From an uncultured virus (IMG/VR IMGVR_UViG_3300035696_000009) (lineage: Duplodnaviria > Heunggongvirae > Uroviricota > Caudoviricetes): DNA of 64,000 nucleotides. The stretch lies in IMG/VR virus record IMGVR_UViG_3300035696_000009. One strand, given 5' to 3'. The notes under the pieces were generated by a model. It saw only the letters and a list, made by a program, of their open reading frames with translations. It was not told where the DNA came from and made no database searches. Positions 48,532-60,202 of the stretch are shown piece after piece. The position numbers and the translations under genes are program-made. The stretch's first letter is position 1; every line of letters begins with the position of its first letter.

Positions 48532-49146
48532 TCATGGGCCGCTCTCCTCCCACGCCTTCTCGCGGGCCCGCTCGTCCGCCATCTCCTTCTGGTGGGTCTC
48601 GCGCGTGGTCCACGCGTGCGGTTTCACCGCGCCGACCGAGCGCATGATGAGCAGCACCGCGGCCCACATGGGATAGTCGCCCCAGATCTCCGCCGAGAAC
48701 TTACGCTTGTCATCGGAGTAGTACCGGAAGATGCGGTCCCCCGGGAACCCCTCGAAGTACACGCCGGCGAGCGGGTCGCCCGTGTAGGACTTGTCGATCG
48801 GCGGCGTCGTGTGGAAGAGCCCCGTGAAGTCGGCCTCGATCGGCTTCTCGGAGAGCACCGAGAGCTTCCAGTTGTAGAAGTTCTCGCGCATCGTGAAGCG
48901 GAGGCCGAGGTCCTTGCGCGTGACCTCCACGACCGGCAAGACGATCGATTTGCTCCGGTGCGTCGAGATGACGTCGGCGATCTCCTTGCTCGCCTGGTAG
49001 ACGAGACCCGCGGCCATGAGCGGCACGAGCCGGTCGCGGATGAACGACATCTGGTGGCCGAACGCGCCCTTCCAGAGCATCTCGTCCGAGACGGTCTGGG
49101 AGCTTATCCACTCCTGGAGCTTGTTCTTGGGTTCTCGCGCGCTCAT
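48532..49146 (-). CDS. hypothetical protein
   Basis: 204 aa; STHRSKSIVLPV...MRENFYNWKLSV. Confidence 0.7.
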   Translation of the reverse strand: MSAREPKNKLQEWISSQTVSDEMLWKGAFGHQMSFIRDRLVPLMAAGLVYQASKEIADVISTHRSKSIVLPVVEVTRKDLGLRFTMRENFYNWKLSVLSEKPIEADFTGLFHTTPPIDKSYTGDPLAGVYFEGFPGDRIFRYYSDDKRKFSAEIWGDYPMWAAVLLIMRSVGAVKPHAWTTRETHQKEMADERAREKAWEESGP

Positions 49147-49287
49147 GCGTATTTCTCCCTCACCAGAACACCCTCGGCCACCTCGCGAACCCGAGGAAAG
49201 GATAGACGATGTACTGGCGCCGCGGGTCGCGGGCGAACGCCATGATCGGCATCGCGCGCTCCAGCTCCCTCGCGTCCAAGAACCAGG

Positions 49288-50466
49288 TCACGCCGCGCCC
49301 CTCACGAGGTCCTTCGCACGGGCGAATGCCTCCTCCATGCCCGCCGCGGAGTGCTCGAAGAACTGGTCGAGCGCGTGGTCGCCGTCCCGGAAGACCACGA
49401 GCTTGATGGGCCCGGCGTCGACGGCCCACTCGAGGACGATGGTGAGCCCCTTGTCCCCCGGGCGCTGAACGATGCGCCGGCACGCCCGCCGCTCCTTTTC
49501 GCCCTCGGACCTGTAGTCAGGGCACCATCCGTCGTACACCCAGCCGAGACTCATGTGCTCCTCGGGCGACAGCGCGGGATCGGACGCGAGCCGCTCACAA
49601 ACGAGGTAGAGCGGGTCGCTCTTCTTGAACTCCTCCCTCCACGCCTCGAACTTGCGCTCGGCCTCCTCGCGGGCCGCGCGGTGCTGCTTCTCCTTGTCGG
49701 AGACCCATTCGCCGAGCGGGACGAGCTGCGTCGCCCCCTTCCGCCTGAACGTCGTGTGCGCGAGCACGCCCGCGTCGCTCGTCGCGTGCGCGGGCAGGAG
49801 CTGCGCCGCGTGGTCGTTGCCGTTCGCGTCGTCGCCCTCGTCCCCGGTCTGGTAAAAGCGGATCGTCCCGTCCTCCGCGAGCGTCGGCCATCTCGCGTCC
49901 TCGAACATGCCGATGCCGCCGAGCGGCGAGCCGTCGTCGCCCTCGATCGTGATCTCCGGCCACCCGGCCATCGGGTCCGAGAAGTCGTAGAGGCGGAACT
50001 CGTACGGGCACGCCCAGTGGCACCCGCACACGACGAGGATCTCGGACCTCGGGTCGTAGCGGTATTCGGACCAGCAAAAGCCGAACCCGTCCTCGGTGCC
50101 CGGCGAGAGCACGTCCTTGCGCGCGCCCGTCCGAAGGTACACGACCGTCTGCCCCTGGTAGTCGTGGCCGCAGACGAGGAAGTCGCCCATCGGGTGATCC
50201 TCGACGAAGAGGAACGGGAACGCGCTGTAGTTGCGCTGGACGGTGGCGACGACGTCCCACACGGGCTCGTCGACCACGAGTTTGATCTCCAGCTTGGCGC
50301 CGCCGGGGTCAGGCCTGCGCCTGAGGACCAGGCCCTGCGCGTAGTTCCAGGACCCGGCCTTCGTGCTGAAGCTCGACACGACGAGCTTGTAATGCCCCGA
50401 CGGCGAGAGGTGCTCGCGCCGCGATCCGGGGACCTCGTTCTCGGGGGCGAAGAACTCTTCCTTCAT
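49288..50466 (-). CDS. hypothetical protein
   Basis: 392 aa; GHDYQGQTV...GCHWACPYE. Confidence 0.7.
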   Translation of the reverse strand: MKEEFFAPENEVPGSRREHLSPSGHYKLVVSSFSTKAGSWNYAQGLVLRRRPDPGGAKLEIKLVVDEPVWDVVATVQRNYSAFPFLFVEDHPMGDFLVCGHDYQGQTVVYLRTGARKDVLSPGTEDGFGFCWSEYRYDPRSEILVVCGCHWACPYEFRLYDFSDPMAGWPEITIEGDDGSPLGGIGMFEDARWPTLAEDGTIRFYQTGDEGDDANGNDHAAQLLPAHATSDAGVLAHTTFRRKGATQLVPLGEWVSDKEKQHRAAREEAERKFEAWREEFKKSDPLYLVCERLASDPALSPEEHMSLGWVYDGWCPDYRSEGEKERRACRRIVQRPGDKGLTIVLEWAVDAGPIKLVVFRDGDHALDQFFEHSAAGMEEAFARAKDLVRGAA

Positions 50467-50506
50467 GCGTTCCCTTCAGTACCGTTAGATTGCCGTCACG
50501 CTCGCG

Positions 50507-51229
50507 TCAAGGCGGCCAGACGCGGAAGCCGTCCTTGAGGAGGTTCTCGATCGGGAGAAAGAGCGGCGAGGGCGGCGAGCCCTGCCAGCGCCACTCCGCG
50601 CATTTCTCGGGCTCGAGGATCTTCGGCTCGGGGGTCGGGTCGAGGGCGGGGTCGCCGGGCCACGGGGGCCGCCACCCCTCGACGTAGACGGTGACGTAGT
50701 GCTTGCCCTCGGCCTGAAAGACGTCGTTCGTATACGTCGACTTGCGGAAGCGCCTCGGCTCGACGTCGATGCCGGTCTCCTCGCGCAGCTCGCGCGACGC
50801 GCACTCGAAGACGGTCTCGCCCGGCTCGAGGTGGCCGCCGGGGAAGGACCACGTGCCGGCGCCGTGGCTGCCCTTCCTGAGGCCCATGAGCACGCGGTCG
50901 CCGCGCCGGAGGATGACCGCGACGCCGACGCGGACCGCAGGCTTCGTGAGCGACGCGAACATCTCGCCCGCCTTGCAGTGGCACGGCCGGTTCTTGTAGA
51001 CGTCGGTGCTCCAGTAACCCTTGCCGCGGCAGAGCGGGCAGGCGATGCGCGCCTCCCGGATGAGCGCCTCGCTCTCGGAGAGCTTGTTCACGAGGATGCG
51101 CGTGCCAGCGGCTAGCCTCCGGAGGAGATCGAGGGTCGCGCTGCCCGGCGCGAGCACCCGGCCGAGGTAGTCCTCGGTCTCGAGGATCAACTGGTCGATC
51201 GCGTCTTCTTCGTTCACTCTCGTCGTCAT
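50507..51229 (-). CDS. NUDIX hydrolase with N-terminal Zn-finger extension
   Basis: Nudix box GGHLEPGETVFECASRELREETGI; RVGVAV, EPEKCAEWRW. Confidence 0.9.
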   Translation of the reverse strand: MTTRVNEEDAIDQLILETEDYLGRVLAPGSATLDLLRRLAAGTRILVNKLSESEALIREARIACPLCRGKGYWSTDVYKNRPCHCKAGEMFASLTKPAVRVGVAVILRRGDRVLMGLRKGSHGAGTWSFPGGHLEPGETVFECASRELREETGIDVEPRRFRKSTYTNDVFQAEGKHYVTVYVEGWRPPWPGDPALDPTPEPKILEPEKCAEWRWQGSPPSPLFLPIENLLKDGFRVWPP

Positions 51230-54200
51230 CACGCCTCCCAGGGCCGGGGTTCGCGCTGCTCCGTGTCCGCGAGGGCGCGCACCATGCGCCAGCCGTCCTT
51301 CTCCGTGACGGCCTGCTCGCGCTCCCACGAACTCTCGTCGACGATTCGGACGGACGAGGGGAACCCGTCGCCCGGGAGCCGCGCGCGGGAGGGCGAGAGA
51401 CTGCTCCGGCAGTAGACGTGGCTGGCGATGAACGGGTGAATGAGTCCCTCGCCGGCGGCGCACTCGCCGCCGTGGCTCGTCGTCGACGGGCAGACGAGGC
51501 GGCAGACGTCGCAGACGGCGTAAAAGTACACGCTCATCGCGGCACGACCCTCACGCGGACGCGGTGGTCGAAGCGCGCGCCCTTGAGCCACTCGCCGAGT
51601 TCGTGGCCATCGACCTCGACGCGCGCGTCGCGCGTCTTCGAGAAGTGCGTGAGGAGCGCGTGGAGGCTCGTGTTCGCCCGGTCGTACGCCCAGGCTGACG
51701 CCTCCCTGGCGGTGGGGCTCTCGTGGAGCACCCCGACGACGCTCGCGACGAGGGGCTCGTAGGGCATGAGCTTGTAGATGTAGATCTCGGCGGTGTCGCC
51801 GCCGAAAGCGTTCTTGCCGTGGTACGCGGTCCAGATCGAGAGCGCTTGCGCCATGCTGAGGTTGTGCATCAGCGCCTCTCCACGCGGGCGTTGACGCGGT
51901 ACCCGGCTTCGACGCCGTGCGGTTCCGGCGGCTTCTCTTGGGCGATCGGAGGGTTCACGACGCGGCGCCCAATGAACCCAATGATCCCGATGACGACGTA
52001 GTTGGTGCCGGCTGAGTTCTTCATGCTGTAGTGCACCATCATCGCCCCTTTTTCTCTTTCGCGAGGACCTCGAGAAGCTCGTCCGAGACCGCGACTGGCG
52101 AGCCGCTCGACATCCGGATCGCGGGCCGATCCTTCACGAGGCCCCGGAGCCACTCCTCGAAATGCTCCTTCACCTCGGTATCGCGCCCGAGCATCGCGCG
52201 CACGTTCGCAAGCTCCGACGGGTCGTCCGACAGGATCCGCGTGAAGCTCGCGAAAAGTTCGCTCTCCGTGAGGTTCTTGCCGTCCCAGAGCGACATGAGC
52301 GAGAGGTAGATCTTGCCGAGACCCGGCACGTCGCGCTTCTTCATGAGGATGCCTTGCTTCGGTCCGGTGCCCGCGAGGTGCGCGACGTAGTCCCACCCGT
52401 CTTTCCACTGCAGGTTCAAGTAGTGGGCGAGCCCGTCCCCCGCGAGCCCGCGGTCGACGTAGACGACGGCGTACGGGAGCTTCATGGGCCGCCTTTCGCG
52501 CGCCGGCGCTTCTTGGGCCGCGCTTTCTCCCCGTTCGGGATCGCGTTCATCCTCTCGCGCCACGAGGCGAGGTCGCCGGGGGAAGCGGTCTCGATGGACC
52601 CCAGCACGTCGGAGAGGAGCTGGCGGAGCAAGGCGTTCTCCGTCTTGAGCGCGACCCTGTCCGCGCGCGCCGCGGCGGCCTCCATGGAGAGCTGGGATCT
52701 CAGGACCGCGATCTCCGAGGAAAGGCTCGAGGTTTCCCCTTGGCGGCGCGATTCCGCCGCCGCCCTGTCGCGCGCCCTGTTGATGGCGAACACTTTGCCG
52801 TCGATCATGTTGTTCCGTCCTTCTTGCTGATGTTCCATTCCTCGTGCGCGTCCTTGGCCCACGCGAGCCCCGGCACGTACCAGATCTGGGCGACGTCGCC
52901 GCGGGCCCTGAGCTTCGCGACGCGTGCCGGCACCCCGTCCGTCGGGATGGGGAACACGTCCGCGCGGTGGACGACCCTCGAGCCGAGGTACCGGACCCAG
53001 AGCGTGCCGCGCTCGCCCATCACGACTCTTCCTTCGCCGGGTACTCGTGCTCGCAGCCGTTCTTCTGCGACGCGGGGTTCTTCGCGTGCAGGCCACACTT
53101 GGTGCACAAGCTCGCGTCGCGCTTCGGGGCCTGCTGCTTGGGTTTCTCCGGCTCGGGGAACTCGTGCTTCATTCCGTACGTGCACCCGTCGCCGGGGTTA
53201 TCGGCCACCCACGGCGTCGGGTCCCCGCGGTGCTTGAGGCAGAAGACGCAGGTGCTCATGGCCGATCCTTGCGATGCAGCTCGATGATGCGATCGTCGTC
53301 GATGTACCCGACCGGGTCCGCGAGCTTCCACGCGATGCCGATCGCCTGGCGCATCCACCCGTAGCCGACCCCGCGCGACCTCGCGACGAGGATGAACGTC
53401 AAGAAGAGGCGCTCGGCCGGGCCGATGCGGCACCGCGGGAACTGCTCCGCGTACGCGGCCTCCAGCTCCTTCTCGGTCGGGTCGTTCACGTCGTTCTTCA
53501 TGGCAACCTGAAGAAGATCGAGTCGATCTCCTTGGCCCAGCCCAGCTTGATCTCGGCCTGGATCTCCTCGTCGATGTTCTCCCACTCCTGGCGAAGGCCG
53601 CGCCGGTTCGTGAGGTCGTCCACGATCCTCTCCACGGCCTCCACGGCCTTCGGGCTCGGGCTGCTCGTCGCCATCGAGGTCAGTCCCACCGCGCCCGGGG
53701 CGGTCCCATCATCCAGCGGTCGCCCGAGCAGCGGCCGAGCTTCAACCCTTCCGTCCCGCCCGGCTTCTCCATCGGGACGACGGGCCCGTGCGGCTGCTTC
53801 ATGTGCGCGCCGCACGAGTCGCACGTCGGGATGGGCGGGTGGATTCCCATCCAGTGGTCGGGCACCGACACTCGGCCCCCGCAGATCGAGCACGTTCCGA
53901 TGGTCCTTGATGACATGTCTCTCTCCTTACTCGTCCTTGCCGTCGTCTTCGTCTTCGCTCCGCTTGCCCAGGAGGTCCGCCCAGAGGTCGGTCTCCACGA
54001 CTTTGTTCGGCTTCGCGGGGGCGGCATCAGTGTCGCCCGCATCGGCCGACAGGACGCGCCTCATCTGGCTCGGGTGGAACACCGTCGCGCGTTCGTCCGG
54101 CGACGTGATGCAGGCCGCGGCGAGCGTCATGAACTTGCAGACGATGTCCTCCTTGCGCTCGCGCGTGAGGTCGCCGCGGATGGGCATCGAGGAGACGAGG

Positions 54201-54571
54201 GTGTCGTCCGTCGGCTCGCCCTCGCCGTAGAAGAGGCCCACGCGGTGGTGGCCGTCCTCGAACTGCTGGAACCCCACGCTGAACGCGACGCTCACGGGGC
54301 GGCGCTTCTCGGCCTTCTTCTGCATCTTCTCCTCGAAGCGCCTTTGGCTGCGAGCATCGCTCATGCGGGTCATTCGGAATGATCCTCAATCCCCGGGACC
54401 CCTGGAACCTTTAGACCGATCGCGGTGAGCTTCGGAACCAAATAGCCGCGGTGCATTTCGCAAAGCGGGAGCGGCGACGGCATTCTCCCGTGCGCGGCTG
54501 CTGCCCCGCCAGCAAACGCGTCCACAGCAAGGCCCGAGAGGCACTCCTCACACACTTCACCAGCACCATGT

Positions 54572-54988
54572 TCATGCTCTTTGATCTCTTCGAAGAGCCG
54601 CATCGCGTCGCAGAAGTAGCAATCGAGCTTTATCTCTGGCCCCGACATTTCCTCCATTCGCTGCTCTGGACGCGGCGGCGCCGCTGCCGAGGACCCAGAC
54701 CGTAGCCTTGCGCTTCGAGGGCGTCAGGCGCGTGCTGCCGCTGTCCTTGACCACGCCTTTGAGCATGAGCGCATTGCGCCTCGCGCTCGCGCTCTCGTGG
54801 CTCATCGCGAGCGCCTCCTCGATCTCCTTGTCGGTCGCGCCGAGGTCGCCCCGCTTCATGAAGAACGCGTGGACGCGCATCTCGTCGCTCGGCGCGATCT
54901 TCTCCATGGACTTGGCCGCGGCCTTGCTCGTCTCCGACCCCTTCGCGTAGGGAAGGCTCGGGGTGCTCGGTTCGTTCGTCTCGTTCAT
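54572..54988 (-). CDS. winged-helix-like DNA-binding protein
   Basis: SETSKAAA...GATDKEIE...HESASARRNAL...DSGSTRLTPSKRKATVW. Confidence 0.6.
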   Translation of the reverse strand: MNETNEPSTPSLPYAKGSETSKAAAKSMEKIAPSDEMRVHAFFMKRGDLGATDKEIEEALAMSHESASARRNALMLKGVVKDSGSTRLTPSKRKATVWVLGSGAAASRAANGGNVGARDKARLLLLRRDAALRRDQRA

Positions 54989-55052
54989 GATCTCTTCCTT
55001 CGGCTGTCCTGAGTAATCACATCATTAGAGGAAAACAACCTGGGCGCGCGCA

Positions 55053-55586
55053 TTAGCGCTTGCCCTCTTCGTCTTCCTTACCCTCCTCGCCCGGCGGCAG
55101 GAGGAGACGCGCGAGCCGGTCGTTGTGCGCCGTGAGGACCTTCGAGACGTCCTCGGCCCACGCCTTCAGCTCCTTGTTCTTCATCGTCTTGGTGTCGACG
55201 CGCGCGCGCGAGGTGACGAGGCGCTGGCGGGCGGTCTCGTACGTCGTCGCGTCCTTGCGGAGCTGCGTGTTCGCGTAGTCGTCCGAGTCGGTCGTGGCGC
55301 GGACGCCGAGGCCGCGCACGGAGACGAGGCCGCGGTTGTAGTCCCGGCCGAGGAAGCGCCGGATGGCCGAGCACCGGGCCCTCATGTCGACGACGATCTT
55401 GCTGTCGGGGTGGTGCATCTTGCCGCCGACGACGCATTTCGTGACCCAGGACCACGAGATCGGCTCCTTGGGCTTCTTGCGCGCGGCGAAGTCGAGCAGG
55501 TTCGCGGCGTTCGCCGCGAGGCCCTTCTTGCGATCGGGCTCCCACTGCTCAAGAACGTTCATCACATCGAGACGGGGGCGGGACAT
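55053..55586 (-). CDS. hypothetical protein
   Basis: Coupled start at 55586. Confidence 0.65.
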   Translation of the reverse strand: MSRPRLDVMNVLEQWEPDRKKGLAANAANLLDFAARKKPKEPISWSWVTKCVVGGKMHHPDSKIVVDMRARCSAIRRFLGRDYNRGLVSVRGLGVRATTDSDDYANTQLRKDATTYETARQRLVTSRARVDTKTMKNKELKAWAEDVSKVLTAHNDRLARLLLPPGEEGKEDEEGKR

Positions 55587-56539
55587 CAGGGGCTCTCTTT
55601 CTTGTTCGGTTGCTGATCCTCCTCGTCCGAGGAGGCGGGGGCGCTCGCTGCCGCGAGGCTGTCGTTGTAGGCGACGACGACGTTGTACGCGTCGTTGATG
55701 GCTTGGAACGCGTCGACGCCGTCGTTGGTGCCGAGCCTGTCGGGGTGCGTGGACGCGAGCGCCGCCTTGCGGTTCTTCCACGCGCGTTTCTGGTCGGCGG
55801 GCTGGCCCCAGCGGGGCCGGGGGATGTTGAGCAGGGCGCACGCGGCGAAAAGATCGTCGCGCCGGGGCTTGGCCGTCGAGAACCGCTGCGTGAAGCTCTC
55901 GAGCACGACTTCGATCTCGCGCATGAACTCGCTCGTCCACGCCTTGGCGCGCGGGTCGCCCTTCGGCATCCGGGCCGCGACCCAGGCCGCGATGGCCTCG
56001 CGCACGACGGTGCGGTGCCTCGAGAGGGCGCCCTCGCCCCTGCCGAGCCGCCGGCCGCGCGCCGATTCCTCGCCTTTCGCGATGCGCTCCGCGCGGGCCT
56101 TGGGACTCGAGGACCGGTACGTCCTTCCGTTGATGCTGCGGGCCACGCCCTTCTTGTCGTAACAGTCGAAGACGTCCGTCACGACGTCGTCCCAGGTCCG
56201 GGACTTGATGGTGTTCGCGAGCCAGATCTTCTCGCACGACCGGAGGAGCTTCCACGCGGTCGTGAGCGACATGCCGCCCTCGATGCGCTGCCAGAACCGG
56301 TCGGAGTTGTTGCCCTGGAGGCGGAACTTGCTTCGGATGACGACGGCGCGCGTCGAGCGGTCCGGGTACTTGTAGTGGATGAAGTCCGCCATGTTGTGGA
56401 AGGCTTTGCGGTCCTCCGGCGTGAGGGCCTCGTATTCCTCGCGCTCCGCGAAGGCGAGCTTCTCCATGGCCGTCGCGGGGGTCCCCTCGGTGGGGCTCGG
56501 CGGGCTCGGCGGGCTCGGCGGGAGAGTCGAAGTCATCAC
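55586..56539 (-). CDS. protein with C-terminal J-domain
   Basis: ALASTHPDRLG...AFQAINDAY. Confidence 0.75.
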   Translation of the reverse strand: MMTSTLPPSPPSPPSPTEGTPATAMEKLAFAEREEYEALTPEDRKAFHNMADFIHYKYPDRSTRAVVIRSKFRLQGNNSDRFWQRIEGGMSLTTAWKLLRSCEKIWLANTIKSRTWDDVVTDVFDCYDKKGVARSINGRTYRSSSPKARAERIAKGEESARGRRLGRGEGALSRHRTVVREAIAAWVAARMPKGDPRAKAWTSEFMREIEVVLESFTQRFSTAKPRRDDLFAACALLNIPRPRWGQPADQKRAWKNRKAALASTHPDRLGTNDGVDAFQAINDAYNVVVAYNDSLAAASAPASSDEEDQQPNKKESP

Positions 56540-58197
56540 TTCGCTCCCCCTTCCTCGTCCTCGTCCCGGGGGAGGATGACCGGGCGGAGTTCGTCGTTCG
56601 GGATGGGCCGGATGAGGCCGCCGCCGAGCGACGTGGCCGCACTCGAGCCGAGCTTGTCGCTCGCGGCGGCGATGCTCCGGATGATGGAGTTGCCGATCTC
56701 GAGCGCGGTCTCGAAGGGGATGCCGGCGTCCGTCGCCCGGGCGCGCGCCATGAAGATCATCTCCTTGGCGACCGCGTTCGCCGCGTCGAGCACGGCGCGG
56801 GCGGCGTCGGTCGTCGACTGGATCGTGTCGATGTTCCTCTTGGTGACCTCGACGATCTCGTCGCCCTGACGCCGGAACTCCTTGCCGCCTTCAACGAAGT
56901 TTGCGTTGATCTTCTCGAGGTTGTCCGAGAGGTCTGCTGCCGCGCCGCCGATCTCCGAAAGCTCGTCGCGGATCTCGGCGCACGACCCGAGGACCGCCTT
57001 CTCGAGCTTCTCGAGGGTTTTCTTCGGCAGGAGCGCGGCGAGGCGCGCCTCGAGCGCCTCGCGGTCCTCCTTGAGGCTGCCCTTGATCGTGCCCTCCGCG
57101 AGGACGATGGCCTGGACGACGGGATCGACGCCGTGGCCGATCTCCTCGGACACCGCGGTTCTCACAAGCGAGACGACGCTCTTCGGCAGCTCCTTCAGGA
57201 AGACGGCGGCGATCTCGGTCGAGATCGCGTCGCGGAGCGCGGCCTCGACGTAGGGCTTCGAGATCTTCTCCTTCACGAGCGCCGCGAGGCCCGCCACCTC
57301 GCGGGCGACCTTGTCCTGGGCCTCGGCGTGCTCGGCGACGCGCGCTCCGAGCGCGGTAATGGTCGAATTTTGAGGATTGTCGCGGATGAAGGCCTCCGTC
57401 ATCTCGCCGGCGACCCTCGCGAGGTCCTCGCGCGTCGCGGGCGCCTCCGCGGGCGCGGGCGCGGGGGCAGGCTTGAGCCCCTCCTCGATGTTCTGCAGGG
57501 ACTGGAGGATCCCGAGCAGGTACTCGCCCTGGCCCTTGACCTCGTCCTCGATCTTGTCGATGCGCGCGCCGAGCTTGGACACGCCCGCGAGGCGCTCGCC
57601 GAAGCTCTCGAGCACGAGCGTGATGCGCTCGAGGAAGACGGGGAGGTCCTTGAGGCCGCCGTCCTCGGGCGCGGGCTCGTTCGTGGCTTCCTCCTCGGGG
57701 GCTTCCTCTTCCGGCTCGCTCGCCTCGCCTGGCTCGTCTTCCTTCACGAGGCGGAGCGGCGGGGGCGGCGGCTCGTACATCAGGGGCACAAGCTCGGGGG
57801 GCTGAAAGTAGCTCGGGGGCCTCTCGTCCTTGCTCGCGGCCGTCCTCTTGGAGGACACGTAGAAGCTCGCGAGCACGGGCTCGGCCGCGATGCGCGCGAG
57901 CGCCGCGCGCCCCTTCGGCAAGAGGATGTACTCGCGGTGCTTGTTGATCCCCGCGCCCGTCATCGTCTCCTTGAAGAACCCGGCGCGGGCCCACACCCAG
58001 GCGAGCTGCCACCTCCATGTGTATTCCGGGCTCGCCCTCGGCGCTGGGTCGAGGTCGGGCGGGAAGACGTCCATGGATCCGAACGCAACGTCACCCTTGC
58101 CTTGGGCGAGGGCGGCGTCCATCGACAGGACGTACTTCGCCGCCCGCTGGACGGTGGCGAGCCGGCTGGCTTCGACGGAGGGTTTGGTCATGGCCAT
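56536..58197 (-). CDS. large coiled-coil hypothetical protein
   Basis: 553-aa ORF, helical and acidic. Confidence 0.7.
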   Translation of the reverse strand: MAMTKPSVEASRLATVQRAAKYVLSMDAALAQGKGDVAFGSMDVFPPDLDPAPRASPEYTWRWQLAWVWARAGFFKETMTGAGINKHREYILLPKGRAALARIAAEPVLASFYVSSKRTAASKDERPPSYFQPPELVPLMYEPPPPPLRLVKEDEPGEASEPEEEAPEEEATNEPAPEDGGLKDLPVFLERITLVLESFGERLAGVSKLGARIDKIEDEVKGQGEYLLGILQSLQNIEEGLKPAPAPAPAEAPATREDLARVAGEMTEAFIRDNPQNSTITALGARVAEHAEAQDKVAREVAGLAALVKEKISKPYVEAALRDAISTEIAAVFLKELPKSVVSLVRTAVSEEIGHGVDPVVQAIVLAEGTIKGSLKEDREALEARLAALLPKKTLEKLEKAVLGSCAEIRDELSEIGGAAADLSDNLEKINANFVEGGKEFRRQGDEIVEVTKRNIDTIQSTTDAARAVLDAANAVAKEMIFMARARATDAGIPFETALEIGNSIIRSIAAASDKLGSSAATSLGGGLIRPIPNDELRPVILPRDEDEEGGAK

Positions 58198-58212
58198 GGT
58201 TTCTCGGGGGAT

Positions 58213-58380
58213 CTAACGCTTGGGCGCCTGGGCGCGGCGTTCCTTCTTCTCGGTGTATTTCTCTTGCAGGATCATGCGCACGTACGACGAGAAGCTCAGG
58301 CTTCGTTCGTCCGCGAGTGCCCTGAACCGCTTCTCCTCGTCCGCCGTCATCTTGACGCGGAGCATGTACGTCCTTGCCAT
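58213..58380 (-). CDS. RHH-like regulator
   Basis: MLRVKMTADEEKRFRALADERSLSFSSYVRMIL; palindrome CGTAGCA-ACGA-TGCTACG at 58390-58407. Confidence 0.7.
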   Translation of the reverse strand: MARTYMLRVKMTADEEKRFRALADERSLSFSSYVRMILQEKYTEKKERRAQAPKR

Positions 58381-58443
58381 GGGAGACAGCGTAGCAACGA
58401 TGCTACGAATTAGCAACCCCCTATTTTGACGGCAATATGACGG

Positions 58444-59526
58444 TCAGTCTTCGGGAGGGAGGTCCACCACGCGCGACCCCTCGAAGTGCTCGAGGATCGC
58501 GCGCGCCGCCGCGTGCGACTCGACCATTTCTCGATAATCGTCATTCGTCGTCTCGTCAGGGTAGTCGTAGAACTTCGACGGGTCTTCGAGGAACTCCTGA
58601 CGGTAGTTCTCGCACTGCTCGACGAGTTCGGCGGGGTAGGCACCCGCCCAGATGAGCATCGCCGTCGTGCACCACTTGCCCGTCCGCGCGTAGATGTCGA
58701 CGGTGACGTCCCAGCTCAGGCTGTCCGGCGTCGGGCACTCGCGGTCGCCCCCGCCGCCGCCGAACCCGAGCCCGTCGGGCACGGAGAACGCGATCGGGCC
58801 GCCGGCCGCGACGAACGTTTTCCGCGTCTTCTGAGCCGCGGGCTTGTGCTTCTTCGCCATGTCCGCGAGCGCGCGCACGGCGTCCTTGAGCGTCGCGCCC
58901 TTCTTCAGCACGAACCGGTACCCGGGCGCCGCGACGTCGCACGTCGTGTCGATGATGGCGTAGTGGCCCGCGAAGCGCCCGCGCGCGTGGCGCGCGAGGA
59001 CGAGCTTGCCGACGAAGATGGGCTTGCCCGCGAGGTCCTTGCACTGCGCCGGGTCGTCGGGCAGGCCCGCCTTCCTGTCGCGGGCTCTCCGGGCGAGGAT
59101 GCTCATCGCGAGCTTCGCGCGCTCGAGCGAGTGACGCGTCTCGTAGACGGGGCGCCCCATGAGCGGGGCCGTGCGCGGTTCCTCCTCGAAGCCGTCGCTC
59201 GTCCCCGCCGGCGCGGTCTTGTCGACGGGGAGCGACCAGTCGATGATCTTGAAGACGCCTCGCGCGTCGCGGACGATCTGGAGCGAGTCCTCCTTGTAGG
59301 GGTGGCCGTGGCTGTCGGTGAGCGGCGGCACGATCTTGCCCGTGAACTGCGCGCCCCTGTAGCCGGGCCCGTCGATCTTGTTGCCGCGGCCGTCCTCCCA
59401 CTTGCGCCAGTCCTTCGGCCGGACGCTGACGTACTTCTTGTAGCCGGGGATGAGCATCTGCTCCTCCGGCGCGTAGATCGGCTGGGGTTTGTCCCCGCCC
59501 TCGGGCTTGTCCGCTTCGTCCGTCAC
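58444..59526 (-). CDS. hypothetical protein
   Basis: 360-aa ORF. Confidence 0.65.
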   Translation of the reverse strand: MTDEADKPEGGDKPQPIYAPEEQMLIPGYKKYVSVRPKDWRKWEDGRGNKIDGPGYRGAQFTGKIVPPLTDSHGHPYKEDSLQIVRDARGVFKIIDWSLPVDKTAPAGTSDGFEEEPRTAPLMGRPVYETRHSLERAKLAMSILARRARDRKAGLPDDPAQCKDLAGKPIFVGKLVLARHARGRFAGHYAIIDTTCDVAAPGYRFVLKKGATLKDAVRALADMAKKHKPAAQKTRKTFVAAGGPIAFSVPDGLGFGGGGGDRECPTPDSLSWDVTVDIYARTGKWCTTAMLIWAGAYPAELVEQCENYRQEFLEDPSKFYDYPDETTNDDYREMVESHAAARAILEHFEGSRVVDLPPED

Positions 59527-60202
59527 GACAGCGTCTTAAAATTCTCGCGGTAGACGTCGAAGTATTTCCCCATCAGGTCGACGAAGGCCTCCCTCGAGAC
59601 GTCCGTCGCCGCGGCGCCGCTCGCCGAGAAGAGCATGAGCGCCGCGAGCACGAGGCCGTGCTCGATCCCCTTGTCGGCGGACGCCTTGAGCCACGCCTGC
59701 AGCCCCTCGCGCAGCTCGGCGAGCGTCGCGTCCTCCTCCGGCGTCGAGACGTGCGCCTGGTACGTCTTCTTCATCTTTACGTTCGCCTCTTGAACCACTC
59801 GCGGAACGCCTCGATGGCCTCGTCCGGGAGCGGGATCCCGATTACGAGCCGCTCGCCGCGCGGGATCCAGTGCGTGATCCCGTGCTCGATGAACCGCGAC
59901 CGGAAGGGCTCGGGGAGCGCGCCGATGACCTCGTCCACGTTCGCGCGCATCATGAGCCGGGCGACTGCATCGATGTGCTGGTAGTGGCTCATCTCCTCCG
60001 CGAGGATCGCTCGCGCGCGCAGCCCGGCGACCGATGGTGATGCCCGAGGCATCCTCCTCAGGGGGGCGCCGGCCGCGCCGGTCTTGGACGCGACCTGGCA
60101 CGCCCAGCACGGGATGGGCCAGTCGTGGAGGTTGCAGCGCGCGGCCTGGTTCGTGTCGAGGTTGCCGCTCAGCTTGACGTTCGGGGGGCGGTCGCTCGCC
60201 AT

